Made by a program: the position numbers and the translations under genes
Source: Candidatus Anstonellales archaeon
Lineage (GTDB): Archaea > Micrarchaeota > Micrarchaeia > Anstonellales > J096
Assembly: GCA_038890615.1 (NCBI GenBank)
Contig: JAWAFI010000001.1
Span: 98,611 to 162,610, forward strand
Direction: 5' to 3'
DNA: 64,000 bases
Notes under the pieces: generated by a model
Told to the model about the DNA's origin: nothing
Seen by the model: the letters and a program-made list of their open reading frames with translations, nothing else
The model's database searches: none
Shown: positions 38,905 through 47,714 of the stretch, piece after piece
How the letters are laid out: every line of letters starts with the position of its first letter
Numbering within the stretch: position 1 is the stretch's first letter

Positions 38905-39747
38905 TTATGAAGAAAGCAACGCTGCTTTTGAGCTAACCTCCATCTCAAAAAGCATCTTCCTAAGGACTCCCTTAGGGTCAATAAATGATTCGCTAAGAGA
39001 AGAAATGTAAATGCTGAAAGGCAATGTAAAGGCAGCTGATGGGAGCCAGGAGAATGTTGCGAGCGCAAACACAGAGAATGAAATGCTCATTGCAGCCCAT
39101 GATGCCATTCCCAATCTCATAGCTTTCTTATGCTCTATGTAATAATCTACTTCCCTGCGAAGCTTGTCGCACTCAAGGATTATAGAGCACCAGTCAAAGG
39201 AGGTGTTTGGCATTATTGACCTTTCTTGTGATGAAGCAAAAAGCGGGCTTTTTAAGTCAATTATCCTTTGAAAAGCAAGGTCATTGATGGAGAGGGAAGC
39301 AAGGAATTCCTTGAAAGTAAAAAGCTTCCTATAAGAAATGTTGAAGAGCAAGGTTTCGTAGCGCGAGATGGCTACTAAATCAGGGCCATAGAAGGTGGCG
39401 CCAATCTCCTCCTTTATCTTCTTAAATGATTCCAAAACTTCAAGAAAACTGGGGGAGAAATTGGAATATATTAGCGCTGCCCTTTCCCCAAAAAGCGCCT
39501 GCTCGTATGCCTCCCTTGCAAGGGCCCTTGACCCTGTGTAAAGGGCGCCGTAGCATTTGTGGCCGCACCTATCTGCCTCAACCTTGAACCTGTCAAACTC
39601 CTTTAGCTCAGCCCTTCTCCCTATCCAATCCTTTAAGCCAGCATCAATAAAGCTTTTCCCAAAGTAAGGGCTTATGCACCTTGAGTAAGCAAATAAGAGC
39701 GGGTATTCCTTTTCTCTGCTTTTCCTAGTGGAATATGCGAAATCCAT
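38905..39747 (-). CDS. Hypothetical protein with C-terminal TM hairpin
   Basis: 280-aa ORF with a hydrophobic C-terminal segment and TATA upstream. Confidence 0.65.
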   Translation of the reverse strand: MDFAYSTRKSREKEYPLLFAYSRCISPYFGKSFIDAGLKDWIGRRAELKEFDRFKVEADRCGHKCYGALYTGSRALAREAYEQALFGERAALIYSNFSPSFLEVLESFKKIKEEIGATFYGPDLVAISRYETLLFNISYRKLFTFKEFLASLSINDLAFQRIIDLKSPLFASSQERSIMPNTSFDWCSIILECDKLRREVDYYIEHKKAMRLGMASWAAMSISFSVFALATFSWLPSAAFTLPFSIYISSLSESFIDPKGVLRKMLFEMEVSSKAALLSS

Positions 39748-39820
39748 TAATTTATATAAGTTAAGACAATTTAAAAAGGTTGCTAAATAAGATTAAAAAT
39801 AAAGCGTGATAAAGCTATTT

Positions 39821-40342
39821 ATGAAGAAGCAGAAGTACAAAAGCGAAGAACCTTATGCTAGGAAAATGATTAAGGGCAGCTTGCTGGTGGAAGAGCGCAA
39901 AAGAGGTTTGATAGAAGCAGTCAAAGAAGGGAATTATGAAAGATGCGAAAAGCTCCTTTCAAAAGGCGCAGACCCAAACAAGCTGAGCAATGGGCTGAGC
40001 CCGCTTATGGCTGCAGCAATTAAAGGAGATACAAAAATAGGCAAGCTCTTATTGAAGCACAATGCAGATGTGGATTTGATAGGGAAGGATAGAAACACAG
40101 CAATGCACTATGCAGCCCAGCATAAGCACTGGAGGTTCCTTGAGATGCTCCTAAAAACTACCCCATTCCCAGACCCAAGAATCAAAAACAAGGAAGGAAA
40201 GGATGTTTTGGCAATAGCAAAGGAGAATGGTGCACCTGAAAAGGTTATAAAGAAAATAGGCCATATAGAGTCATGTGCAAGATTAAGAGAGGTTAATAGA
40301 ATATATATGTATAAATGGATTGAAAAAATACTGAGCGGATGA
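39821..40342 (+). CDS. Short ankyrin-repeat protein
   Basis: LIEAVKEGN..LLSKGADPN, SPLMAAAIKG, TAMHYAAQ; start reset to the ATG ~27 nt after ATTAAAAA. Confidence 0.9.
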   Translation: MKKQKYKSEEPYARKMIKGSLLVEERKRGLIEAVKEGNYERCEKLLSKGADPNKLSNGLSPLMAAAIKGDTKIGKLLLKHNADVDLIGKDRNTAMHYAAQHKHWRFLEMLLKTTPFPDPRIKNKEGKDVLAIAKENGAPEKVIKKIGHIESCARLREVNRIYMYKWIEKILSG

Positions 40343-40390
40343 AAGCTTTAGGAGAAGAGAATAAGCAAAGGGCGAAATATTTGGCCTATT

Positions 40391-40597
40391 AATGCCATGA
40401 TGTCTAAAACCATAAGCAGAGGGTATGGAGGATGGAATGAGAGACCTCTTAGAGTAAGTACCTCTTGACTGTGAGCGCTACTATTGACAAACACCCCTTG
40501 CACCCACTCCCTGGGCAGAACCCGCAGTGCCCACCAGAAAATGAGTGCGCAAGGTACAACATATTCCCTGACTAAGCGAGGAAAAGCAAATGGCATT
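40391..40597 (-). ncRNA. Candidate structured non-coding RNA (~207 nt), family unknown
   Basis: Terminal helix AAUGCCAU/AUGGCAUU plus several nested helices whose G-U pairs favour the minus strand; TTTAAAT element just upstream. Confidence 0.5.
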
Positions 40598-40610
40598 GAG
40601 GCGCAATGAA

Positions 40611-40620
40611 GATTTAAATA
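40611..40620. promoter_or_regulatory. TATA box (possibly bidirectional) between the candidate ncRNA and the yhaM-like gene
   Basis: GATTTAAATA ~27 nt before the ATG at 40640, implying a leaderless mRNA. Confidence 0.55.
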
Positions 40621-40639
40621 GGGATTCCCAAATAAACGC

Positions 40640-41581
40640 ATGAAAAAGCTTATTTCAGAGTTGGAGGAAGGCCAGCAGGTTGATTCGCTTTTTTCAGTAA
40701 AATACAAGAAGCCAATAGTCCCTTATGAAGGCGGCTTTAGGTTTGTGCTAGGCGCAAGCGATAGGAGCGGGGAGATAGAGATACACTATTGGGGAGGGGC
40801 AAAGGAGGATGAAGTAAGGGAGGTTTATGAAAGGGTAAAGGAAGGAGAGGTTGTGCGTGTAAGGGGCTTTGTTGGGAAGTTCAGGGAAAAGCTTAAAATA
40901 GATGTGAACCAAGGGAGCGGAACAATAGAAAGAAGCTCCTCTTACTCAATAGAGGACTTCATAGCGAAGAGCCCAAGGGATGCCTCTGAAATGAGGAAGG
41001 AGCTTAAAGCCATTATAGAAAGCATAGATGATAGTGATTATAGAAAGCTGGTGAAAGAGGTATTGAAGAGGAACGAGGAAAGGTTTTATGTCTGGCCTGC
41101 TGCAATGTACCTCCACCACGCCCATCTTAATGGCCTGCTTGAGCATACGCTCAACTGCTGCAAAATGGGCGATGCTTTTGCAAGAATATACTCCATAGAT
41201 AGGGACTTGCTTATTGCAGGGCTTGCGCTCCATGACATAGGTAAGACAAAGGAGTTTGAGGTTAGCACAAACATAAAAGTAGGGGAGGAAGGGATGCTAA
41301 GAGGGCACATAGTGATTGGGGAGGAAATAGTAAGGGAGGTTGGGAAGGAGATTGGCACTGATGAAAGGAAGCTCAACAAAGTGTGCCACATAATAATAAG
41401 CCACCATGGCACAAAGGAATATGGCTCTCCAAAGGAGCCAGAGTTCCCTGAAGCAGTTGCAACCCATTACATAGATTTGCTTGACAGCAGGACAGTGCAG
41501 TACATGCAGGCAATAGAGGAAGCAAACACAGAGGACTTCAGGACTTATAAAAAGGGGCTTGGGGAGATTTATCTGCGATAA
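40640..41581 (+). CDS. YhaM-like 3'-5' exoribonuclease (OB-fold + HD domain)
   Basis: N-terminal OB (DRSGEI), PAA..HHA..GLLEH, LHDIGK, GHI, HIIISHHG..EYGSP..PEA. Confidence 0.9.
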   Translation: MKKLISELEEGQQVDSLFSVKYKKPIVPYEGGFRFVLGASDRSGEIEIHYWGGAKEDEVREVYERVKEGEVVRVRGFVGKFREKLKIDVNQGSGTIERSSSYSIEDFIAKSPRDASEMRKELKAIIESIDDSDYRKLVKEVLKRNEERFYVWPAAMYLHHAHLNGLLEHTLNCCKMGDAFARIYSIDRDLLIAGLALHDIGKTKEFEVSTNIKVGEEGMLRGHIVIGEEIVREVGKEIGTDERKLNKVCHIIISHHGTKEYGSPKEPEFPEAVATHYIDLLDSRTVQYMQAIEEANTEDFRTYKKGLGEIYLR

Positions 41582-41621
41582 GGATTAAAAAGGTGCATAG
41601 CAAAAGAGTTTAGGTGGGAAA

Positions 41622-42413
41622 ATGATTGAAGCGATGTTTGCCCTCCTGTTCTTTATGCTTCCGTTCCTTGTAGTGCTCTTCGTAATACTAATGATGTCAA
41701 TCAGGATAGTAATGCAGTATGAGAAAGGGATTGTGTTTACCTTGGGCAAATTCAGCAGGGTGGCAAACCCAGGGCTAAACATAATAATACCAGTGATCCA
41801 AAGCATGAGAATAGTGGATACTAGGATACTAACCACAGACATAGCGAAGCAAGAGGTAATGACAAAGGACAACGTGCCTGTTATGGTGAATGGCGTTGTC
41901 TACTTTAGGGTTGAGAACCCTGAAAAGGCAGTGCTCAGAATACAGGACTACGATTATGCGATAGCCCAGTACGCCCAAACAGCATTGAGGGACATAATAG
42001 GTAATAAGGAGCTCGATGTTGTGCTTTCAAACAGGGAGGAGGTTGCAGAGGAGATAAAGAAGCTTGTTGACAAGGAGACAAGCGAATGGGGGCTGGATGT
42101 AACAGCAATAAAGATACAGGACATAGAGCTTCCTGCAGACATGAAAAGGGCAATGGCAAGGCAGGCAGAGGCAGAAAGGGAAAGGAGGGCAACAATAATA
42201 ATGAGCGAGGGGGAGAAGGCAGCTGCAAGGAATTTGGCTGAAGCAGCAGCCACATTGGCAAAAACGCAGGGAGGCCTGCACTTAAGGACATTGCAGACAC
42301 TGGCTGATGTCTCTGCAGACCAAAGCAACACTATTGTTTTTGTAGCGCCAATAGAGATGCTGGAGGCGCTTAAGGGGCTTATGGGAAGCTCAAAGAAGAA
42401 AAAAGAATCTTAA
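41622..42413 (+). CDS. SPFH/band-7 (stomatin-like) protein
   Basis: N-terminal TM, PGL..IP, TKDNV, AQTALR, MARQAEAERERRA. Confidence 0.95.
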   Translation: MIEAMFALLFFMLPFLVVLFVILMMSIRIVMQYEKGIVFTLGKFSRVANPGLNIIIPVIQSMRIVDTRILTTDIAKQEVMTKDNVPVMVNGVVYFRVENPEKAVLRIQDYDYAIAQYAQTALRDIIGNKELDVVLSNREEVAEEIKKLVDKETSEWGLDVTAIKIQDIELPADMKRAMARQAEAERERRATIIMSEGEKAAARNLAEAAATLAKTQGGLHLRTLQTLADVSADQSNTIVFVAPIEMLEALKGLMGSSKKKKES

Positions 42414-42445
42414 TTAACTACTAATTTTACACCTGTTAGATCTTA

Positions 42446-42518
42446 TAGCCCCAACCGGATTCGAACCGGTGTCTGCAGGTCCAGAGCCTGCCATCCTTGT
42501 CCGCTAGACGATGGGGCT
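42446..42518 (-). tRNA. tRNA-Gln(CTG)
   Basis: AGCCCCA/TGGGGCT stem, GCAGG-CT-CTG-GA-CCTGC anticodon arm, GGTTCGAATCC. Confidence 0.95.
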
Positions 42519-42574
42519 TTAGACATAATGATAGCAGGCAAAAGGGTTTTAAAAGTGCTTGCTGAAAGCTATCC

Positions 42575-43000
42575 ATGTCAAGCAATATTCCTGTAAGCGA
42601 GGTAATGAAAAGGAAAACCATTGTAATAGATGTAGAGGAAAGTGTTGAGAAGGCAGCAAAAGTTATGAAGGCAAACGATGTTGGCTCAATAATAGTGACA
42701 GACAGGGGGGCAGTGGGCATAGTGACAGAGAGGGATATATGCTGGAAGGTTGTAGCAGAAGGCCACTCTGCAAAAACAACAAAGGTGAAGCAGATTATGA
42801 GCACGCCGCTGAAGACAATAGAGCCAACAGCAACTTTAGAGCAGGCAGCAGAGAAGATGAAGAAGGAGGGGGTAAAGCGGCTTGTAGTGCTGAACAAGCA
42901 TCAAGAGCTAGTTGGCATTATATCTTACAGTGATATACTCAAAATACTGCCAGCAGTCATAGATATTGTTGAAGAAAGGGCAAGGATAGAAAAGGATTAA
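42575..43000 (+). CDS. CBS-domain pair protein
   Basis: VSEVM, GIVTERDI, VKQIMS, VGIISYSDIL. Confidence 0.92.
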   Translation: MSSNIPVSEVMKRKTIVIDVEESVEKAAKVMKANDVGSIIVTDRGAVGIVTERDICWKVVAEGHSAKTTKVKQIMSTPLKTIEPTATLEQAAEKMKKEGVKRLVVLNKHQELVGIISYSDILKILPAVIDIVEERARIEKD

Positions 43001-43023
43001 AAAGACAAAGCAATAGTTAATAT

Positions 43024-43211
43024 GCTGCGCACGGATGGCGGTATGAGCATAGCTATGATTGGCCCGTCAACAGTGCGCAGTTAAGCAATCACACATAACG
43101 CAGGAGTTGGACATCACGATGGAAGAATCCAACCTTCACAATGGCATCATGCTCATTGAAAGGAAAAGGAGTGGGCTTTCAAGATGCCTGGTTTCGGCAG
43201 CGTTAGTGTGG
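43024..43211 (+). ncRNA. Candidate structured RNA / long 5' leader of dnaG with a pseudoknot
   Basis: Six helices plus a perfect 8-bp loop-bulge pseudoknot; follows GATTAAAAAG (TATA-like) and ends just before the dnaG SD. Confidence 0.6.
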
Positions 43212-43228
43212 ATGAAATAGGTGAGAAT

Positions 43229-44464
43229 ATGGGAAAAACATACATAGATACAGTAAAATATGTAATAACAGTTGAATTCCAGGTTGATGGAGTTATTGAG
43301 AAGCCGGATGTGGTTGGAGCCATATTCGGCCAGACAGAAGGGCTTCTTGGAGATGAGCTAGATTTAAGGGAAATACAGAAGAATGGAAGAATAGGTAGGA
43401 TAGAAGTGAACACAAGGACAGAAGCAGGCAAAACAATAGGGGTAATAGAGATACCCAGCGGCCTTGACATGGTTGAAACAAGCATAATAGGGGCTGCTTT
43501 TGAAACAGTGGAAAGGGTTGGGCCATTCAACGCAAAGTTCAGGGTAAAGAGCATAGAGGATACGAGAGGGGTTAAGAGGAAGTTCGTTGTAGAAAGGGCA
43601 AAGGAGCTGCTAAAGAACTTGATGAGCACAGAGATACCAGAGACAAAGGAGCTGCTTAGCTCAGTAAAGTCAGAGCTAAAGATAGAGGAGATAACGACCT
43701 ATGGGCCTGAGAGACTACCTGCAGGGCCAGGAGTGCAAGGAAGCGACAGCATAATAGTGGTTGAAGGAAGGGCAGATGTGCTTAACCTCCTAAGGAATGG
43801 CATAGACAACGCAATAGCAGTGGGGGGGATAAATGTGCCTGATTCGGTGATTGAACTCACAAAAGGAAAGGAAGTGACACTCTTCTTAGATGGAGACAGG
43901 GGAGGGGACATAATACTAAAGATGATCATTGACAAAGGCGGGGAGATAGATTTTATAGCAAGGGCCCCTGCTGGGAAAGAGGTCGAGGAGCTTACAAGGA
44001 AAGAGATAATAAAGGCGCTAAGGGGAAAGGTGCCTTATGAGGCAACTAGGGAGCAGCAAAGAGAAGGGGATGATGCAAAAGCAAGAAGGGAGAGGCCGTC
44101 CCAGCCATACCAACAATACCATGTTTACCAGCCAAAGAGCAGCAGCCCGCCAATGCCAAATGAAGAGCTTGTTGTGCTAAACATAGACAGGGAAAAGCTC
44201 CTTTCACTGCTTGAAGGAATGGAATCAACGCTCAACGCAAAGTTCTACAACGATAACTACGAAGTTGTTGGGGAGTGCGGGGTAAGGAACCTGATAAAGG
44301 AGCTTGAGACTGCAAAAGGGGTTAGCTATGTAGTTTTCGACGGCATAGTGACCCAGAGGCTTGTTGACATTGCAGAGGAGAAAGGCATAAAGGCTCTTGT
44401 TGCATTCAAGAAAGGCCACATAACAAGAAAGAGCAGGAGCGTAGAGATTGTGGTAACTGAATGA
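43229..44464 (+). CDS. dnaG: Archaeal DnaG (TOPRIM; exosome-associated)
   Basis: KPDVVGAIFGQTEGLLG, ETVERVGP, VVEGRADV, DGDRGG; start reset to MGKTY with SD AGGTGA. Confidence 0.95.
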   Translation: MGKTYIDTVKYVITVEFQVDGVIEKPDVVGAIFGQTEGLLGDELDLREIQKNGRIGRIEVNTRTEAGKTIGVIEIPSGLDMVETSIIGAAFETVERVGPFNAKFRVKSIEDTRGVKRKFVVERAKELLKNLMSTEIPETKELLSSVKSELKIEEITTYGPERLPAGPGVQGSDSIIVVEGRADVLNLLRNGIDNAIAVGGINVPDSVIELTKGKEVTLFLDGDRGGDIILKMIIDKGGEIDFIARAPAGKEVEELTRKEIIKALRGKVPYEATREQQREGDDAKARRERPSQPYQQYHVYQPKSSSPPMPNEELVVLNIDREKLLSLLEGMESTLNAKFYNDNYEVVGECGVRNLIKELETAKGVSYVVFDGIVTQRLVDIAEEKGIKALVAFKKGHITRKSRSVEIVVTE

Positions 44465-45696
44465 AGGTATACATAGAAACATATGGCTGCACTCTAAATA
44501 AGGCAGATAGCGATATGATAAGGGCTATTCTTAGAAAGAGGGGCCACAAGATAGTTGAGAGAGAGAAGGATGCAGAAGCAATAGTGCTTAACACATGCAC
44601 TGTGAAGAGCGCAACTCAGAGCAAGATACTCAGCCGGCTTAAGGAGCTGAAAGGGAAGAGAGTAATAGTTGCAGGGTGCATGGTTGTAAACCAAAATAAG
44701 ATAAGGGCAATAATGCCTCTTGCAAACTTAGTAAAGCCATCTGGAATAGCAAGGATAGCTGAAGCAGTTGAAAGGGCTGATGAAGCCAAGGTTTATGGGG
44801 AGATGGAAAAGGGGCTTGAAAGCAAGGAGGTTACAGCGCCTATACTTAGGATACCTGCCTCAGAGGGTTGCCTTTCATTCTGCCACTTCTGCCAAACTAA
44901 GCTCGCAAGACCCAAGTTCTTCAGCTATGCGCCGCAAAGCATAATAAGGCATTTGAGGGAAGGCATAAAGAAAGGGGCAAGGGAGGTGCAGCTAACCTCG
45001 ATGGACCTTGGGGCATATGGGGCTGACAGAAAAACAAACATAGTGGAGCTGGTAAAAAGGATCAACGAGGAGAAAGGCGATTTCATGGTAAGGCTGGGCA
45101 TGATGAACCCACAGCATGCAGCAAGGCATGTGGACAGCTTGCTGAAGAATATGGGGAAATGCTACAGGTTTTTCCATGTGCCTGTACAGAGCGGGAGCAA
45201 CAGGGTGCTTAAGCTTATGAACAGGGGGCACACAACAAAAGAGTTTGCTGAGGTGGTCAGGAAGGCAAGGGAATTTGACAGCATGTTCACAATTGCAACC
45301 GATATAATAGTTGGCTATCCTGGGGAGAAAGAAAGCGATTTCAGAAAAACGCTTGAGCTTATAAGGAAGAATAAGGTGGACGTAGTTAATGTCTCTAAAT
45401 TTTCGCCAATGGAAGGCACTGTAGCAAAGCTAATGAAGCAGATAAGGACTGAGGTTGTGAAAAAGAGGAGCGTTGTTGTTTCCCTTGAGAGGAAGAAAGT
45501 GGCAGAGGAAAGGAACAAGGAAATGGTTGGAAGGAGGGAAAGGGTGGTGGTGCTGGAGGAGGGGAAGGGAGGGAGCAAAGGAAGGGACATTTACTACAGG
45601 CAAGTTGTGCTTGACAGGAGGATAAAGATAGGAAGCTTTGTTGAGGCAGAAATAGAAGGTGCAAGCACTACATCGCTTTTTGGCAGGGTTGTTTAG
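44461..45696 (+). CDS. tRNA t6A methylthiotransferase (MtaB/CDKAL1-type radical SAM)
   Basis: ETYGCTLN, NTCTVK, EGCLSFCHFC, PVQSGS, TDIIVGYPGE; C-terminal TRAM domain. Confidence 0.9.
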   Translation: MKVYIETYGCTLNKADSDMIRAILRKRGHKIVEREKDAEAIVLNTCTVKSATQSKILSRLKELKGKRVIVAGCMVVNQNKIRAIMPLANLVKPSGIARIAEAVERADEAKVYGEMEKGLESKEVTAPILRIPASEGCLSFCHFCQTKLARPKFFSYAPQSIIRHLREGIKKGAREVQLTSMDLGAYGADRKTNIVELVKRINEEKGDFMVRLGMMNPQHAARHVDSLLKNMGKCYRFFHVPVQSGSNRVLKLMNRGHTTKEFAEVVRKAREFDSMFTIATDIIVGYPGEKESDFRKTLELIRKNKVDVVNVSKFSPMEGTVAKLMKQIRTEVVKKRSVVVSLERKKVAEERNKEMVGRRERVVVLEEGKGGSKGRDIYYRQVVLDRRIKIGSFVEAEIEGASTTSLFGRVV

Positions 45697-45700
45697 TTTA

Positions 45701-47167
45701 TCAAAGAAGAGGCCTGCCTTCCATCTTTTTTGGTATAGGAAGGCCCATTAGCGAAAGCACCGTAGGGGCTACATCTATAAGGGAGCCCTTGCGCAGCTTC
45801 TTTTTGCTCCCAACAATGAGGAAAGGCACTGGGTTTGTGGTGTGGGAAGGGTTTGGCTTTCCTGCCTTGAGCATCTCCTCTGCATTCCCATGGTCAGCAG
45901 TGATCACTACTGTATAGCCTTGGGAAATAGCAGCAGGCACAACCTTTGAGAGGCAGGAGTCAATGGCTTCAATGGCTTTTATAGTTGCATCCAAGCTTCC
46001 AGAGTGGCCAACAAGATCAGGGTTGGCATAATTCACCAAGATGAAACCGTAGCCAGATGAGAGCCTTGAGATTGCCTCCTCAGTTATTTCAGGTGCAGAC
46101 ATCTCTGGCGCTTGGTCATAAGAAGCCACCTTCTTAGAAGGCACAAGCACCCTGTCCTCATAGGGCTCTGGCTCCTCAACTTGGGAGTTGAAGAAGTAAG
46201 TCACATGGGCGTACTTCTCTGTTTCAGCAATGCGTAGCTGGCTTATCTTCTCAGAAGACAGTGCCTTGGCTAGGTTGATTTCGACTTTCTTCTGGGGGAA
46301 AGCAACATCCATCCTTATGCGAGGGTCATACTGGCTGAATCCCACGAAAACCCTCTGCCTCTGCCCAACAGGGAAAGCAGTAAAAGGCCTTGTGCAGAAA
46401 GCAGAGGCAAGCTGCCTTGCCCTGTCAGAGCGGAAGTTGATGAAAATTACACTGCTGTCTGGCGTGACAACTGCCTTCCCAGTAGTAAGGGGCCTGACAT
46501 AGTAATCAGTCCTGTCTCCCTTTGAGTAGGCAAGCTGAATTCCCTTTTCTATGGAAGGAACCTTTGTGCCCTTGCCCTCTGTGAGGAGCCTGTAAGCAAC
46601 CTCTGTGCGATCCCAGTTGGAGTCCCTGTCCATTGCATAGTAGCGGCCAATTGCTGTCGCAATCTCTGCAATGCCTTTGGACCACTTAGAAAGCTCCTTT
46701 ATATACTTAAGGGCGCTTTTTTCAGGAACATCCCTTCCATCAAGGAAACAGTGGATGTATGTTTTCGCTGAGCTATTCTTTGCCATCTTAAGAAGAGGCT
46801 TTATGTGGTTTATGTCTGAATGCACGCCTGCGTCTGAGCATAGGCCTATTATGTGCACTGAGCTTGACCTGAATGCATGGCAAAGCAGCTTGTTTTCATA
46901 GAAAGAGCCGTCCTTTATGGAATCGTTAATTAGCGAGAGAGGCTGCTTTACAATGGCCCCTGAACCGAGGTGTATGTGGCCTACCTCTGAATTTCCCTGG
47001 AAGCCCTCTGGAAGCCCAACATAAACACCGCTTGCATTGAGAAGGGTTGATGAGGAGGAGCGGAAAAGGGAATCTATGAACGGCTTTTCTGCAAGCGCAA
47101 TGGCATTGCCTGCCTTGGCTTTTCGAAAGCCGAAACCATCCAATACAATAAGCAATAACGGCTTCAT
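45701..47167 (-). CDS. gpmI: 2,3-bisphosphoglycerate-independent phosphoglycerate mutase (bacterial type)
   Basis: LDGFG, GNSEVGH, DGRD, GRYYAMDRD, AETEKYAHVT, NPDLVGH, TADHGNAE. Confidence 0.95.
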   Translation of the reverse strand: MKPLLLIVLDGFGFRKAKAGNAIALAEKPFIDSLFRSSSSTLLNASGVYVGLPEGFQGNSEVGHIHLGSGAIVKQPLSLINDSIKDGSFYENKLLCHAFRSSSVHIIGLCSDAGVHSDINHIKPLLKMAKNSSAKTYIHCFLDGRDVPEKSALKYIKELSKWSKGIAEIATAIGRYYAMDRDSNWDRTEVAYRLLTEGKGTKVPSIEKGIQLAYSKGDRTDYYVRPLTTGKAVVTPDSSVIFINFRSDRARQLASAFCTRPFTAFPVGQRQRVFVGFSQYDPRIRMDVAFPQKKVEINLAKALSSEKISQLRIAETEKYAHVTYFFNSQVEEPEPYEDRVLVPSKKVASYDQAPEMSAPEITEEAISRLSSGYGFILVNYANPDLVGHSGSLDATIKAIEAIDSCLSKVVPAAISQGYTVVITADHGNAEEMLKAGKPNPSHTTNPVPFLIVGSKKKLRKGSLIDVAPTVLSLMGLPIPKKMEGRPLL

Positions 47168-47188
47168 GGAGAGCCAAAGGTTAGAAGA

Positions 47189-47713
47189 TTATTGCGATGA
47201 GGAAGATACAGTGGAGACCACTGTTGCGATTGCTTCCCTGTCAACGTTTGCTATGTCCTCCTCATACTGGTACCAAAGCACTAAGCTCCCCTTGAACTGC
47301 TGGTTTAGAGAGCCAGTCACATCATTACCAGATGAATCCTTGCATACAATGTTTATGAAGTCCTTGTAATCGCCGTTGCTTATCTGCACAGAAACAGGGT
47401 CAGCATGCTCCTTCTTGATCCCCCCTCCTTGGGAGGTTGTGCATAGGATCCTGTTCACCTCTATGGTCCTGCCAAGCTTGTTCCAAACCCTTGCTGAAAT
47501 GTGGACAACCTTGTCTGCATCAGCTGTGGCTGTTGGGGGCGGGTCGCTGCACAACAGGCCCGGCTGCTGGAAGGTGCAGGTTTCAGGAAGCTTGAATGGA
47601 TTCAGCAGAAGAAGAGCGCCTATAACTATCAGAATAGCCAAAAGGGCCCATCCATATGTCATCAAATATTCCATTGCGGCCTGTCCTTTCATGTTTCTCA
47701 TTTTCTTCACCAC
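47189..47713 (-). CDS. Type IV pilin-like protein (class III signal peptide)
   Basis: KGQ/AAMEYLMTYGWALL prepilin cleavage motif followed by a hydrophobic helix. Confidence 0.88.
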   Translation of the reverse strand: MVKKMRNMKGQAAMEYLMTYGWALLAILIVIGALLLLNPFKLPETCTFQQPGLLCSDPPPTATADADKVVHISARVWNKLGRTIEVNRILCTTSQGGGIKKEHADPVSVQISNGDYKDFINIVCKDSSGNDVTGSLNQQFKGSLVLWYQYEEDIANVDREAIATVVSTVSSSSQ

Positions 47714-47714
47714 C

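Noticed and set aside
40449..40562. 37-aa minus-strand ORF with CxxC-x4-CxxC
   Set aside because: Very short, and the Cys/Gly codons coincide with the GC-rich stems; cannot be excluded but is unsupported
40391..40597. RNase P RNA (contains CGCUUAGUC and GGGUGCAAG, reminiscent of archaeal RNase P RNA)
   Set aside because: The two motifs are in the wrong order, and the universal P4 strands (GAGGAAnnUC and ACAnAAnnnGGCU) are absent
40348..40707. 119-aa minus-strand ORF from the track
   Set aside because: Overlaps the yhaM start and its composition is unlike the K/E-rich proteins of this genome; base-pairing explains the region better
40391..43211. SRP RNA or C/D / H/ACA guide identity for either structured RNA
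   Set aside because: No helix-8 SRP54-binding motif with a GNRA loop, and no convincing paired C/D boxes or K-turn
43184..43228. N-terminal extension of DnaG in the ORF track
   Set aside because: SD AGGTGA precedes the ATG at 43229, and the extension lies within the RNA helices
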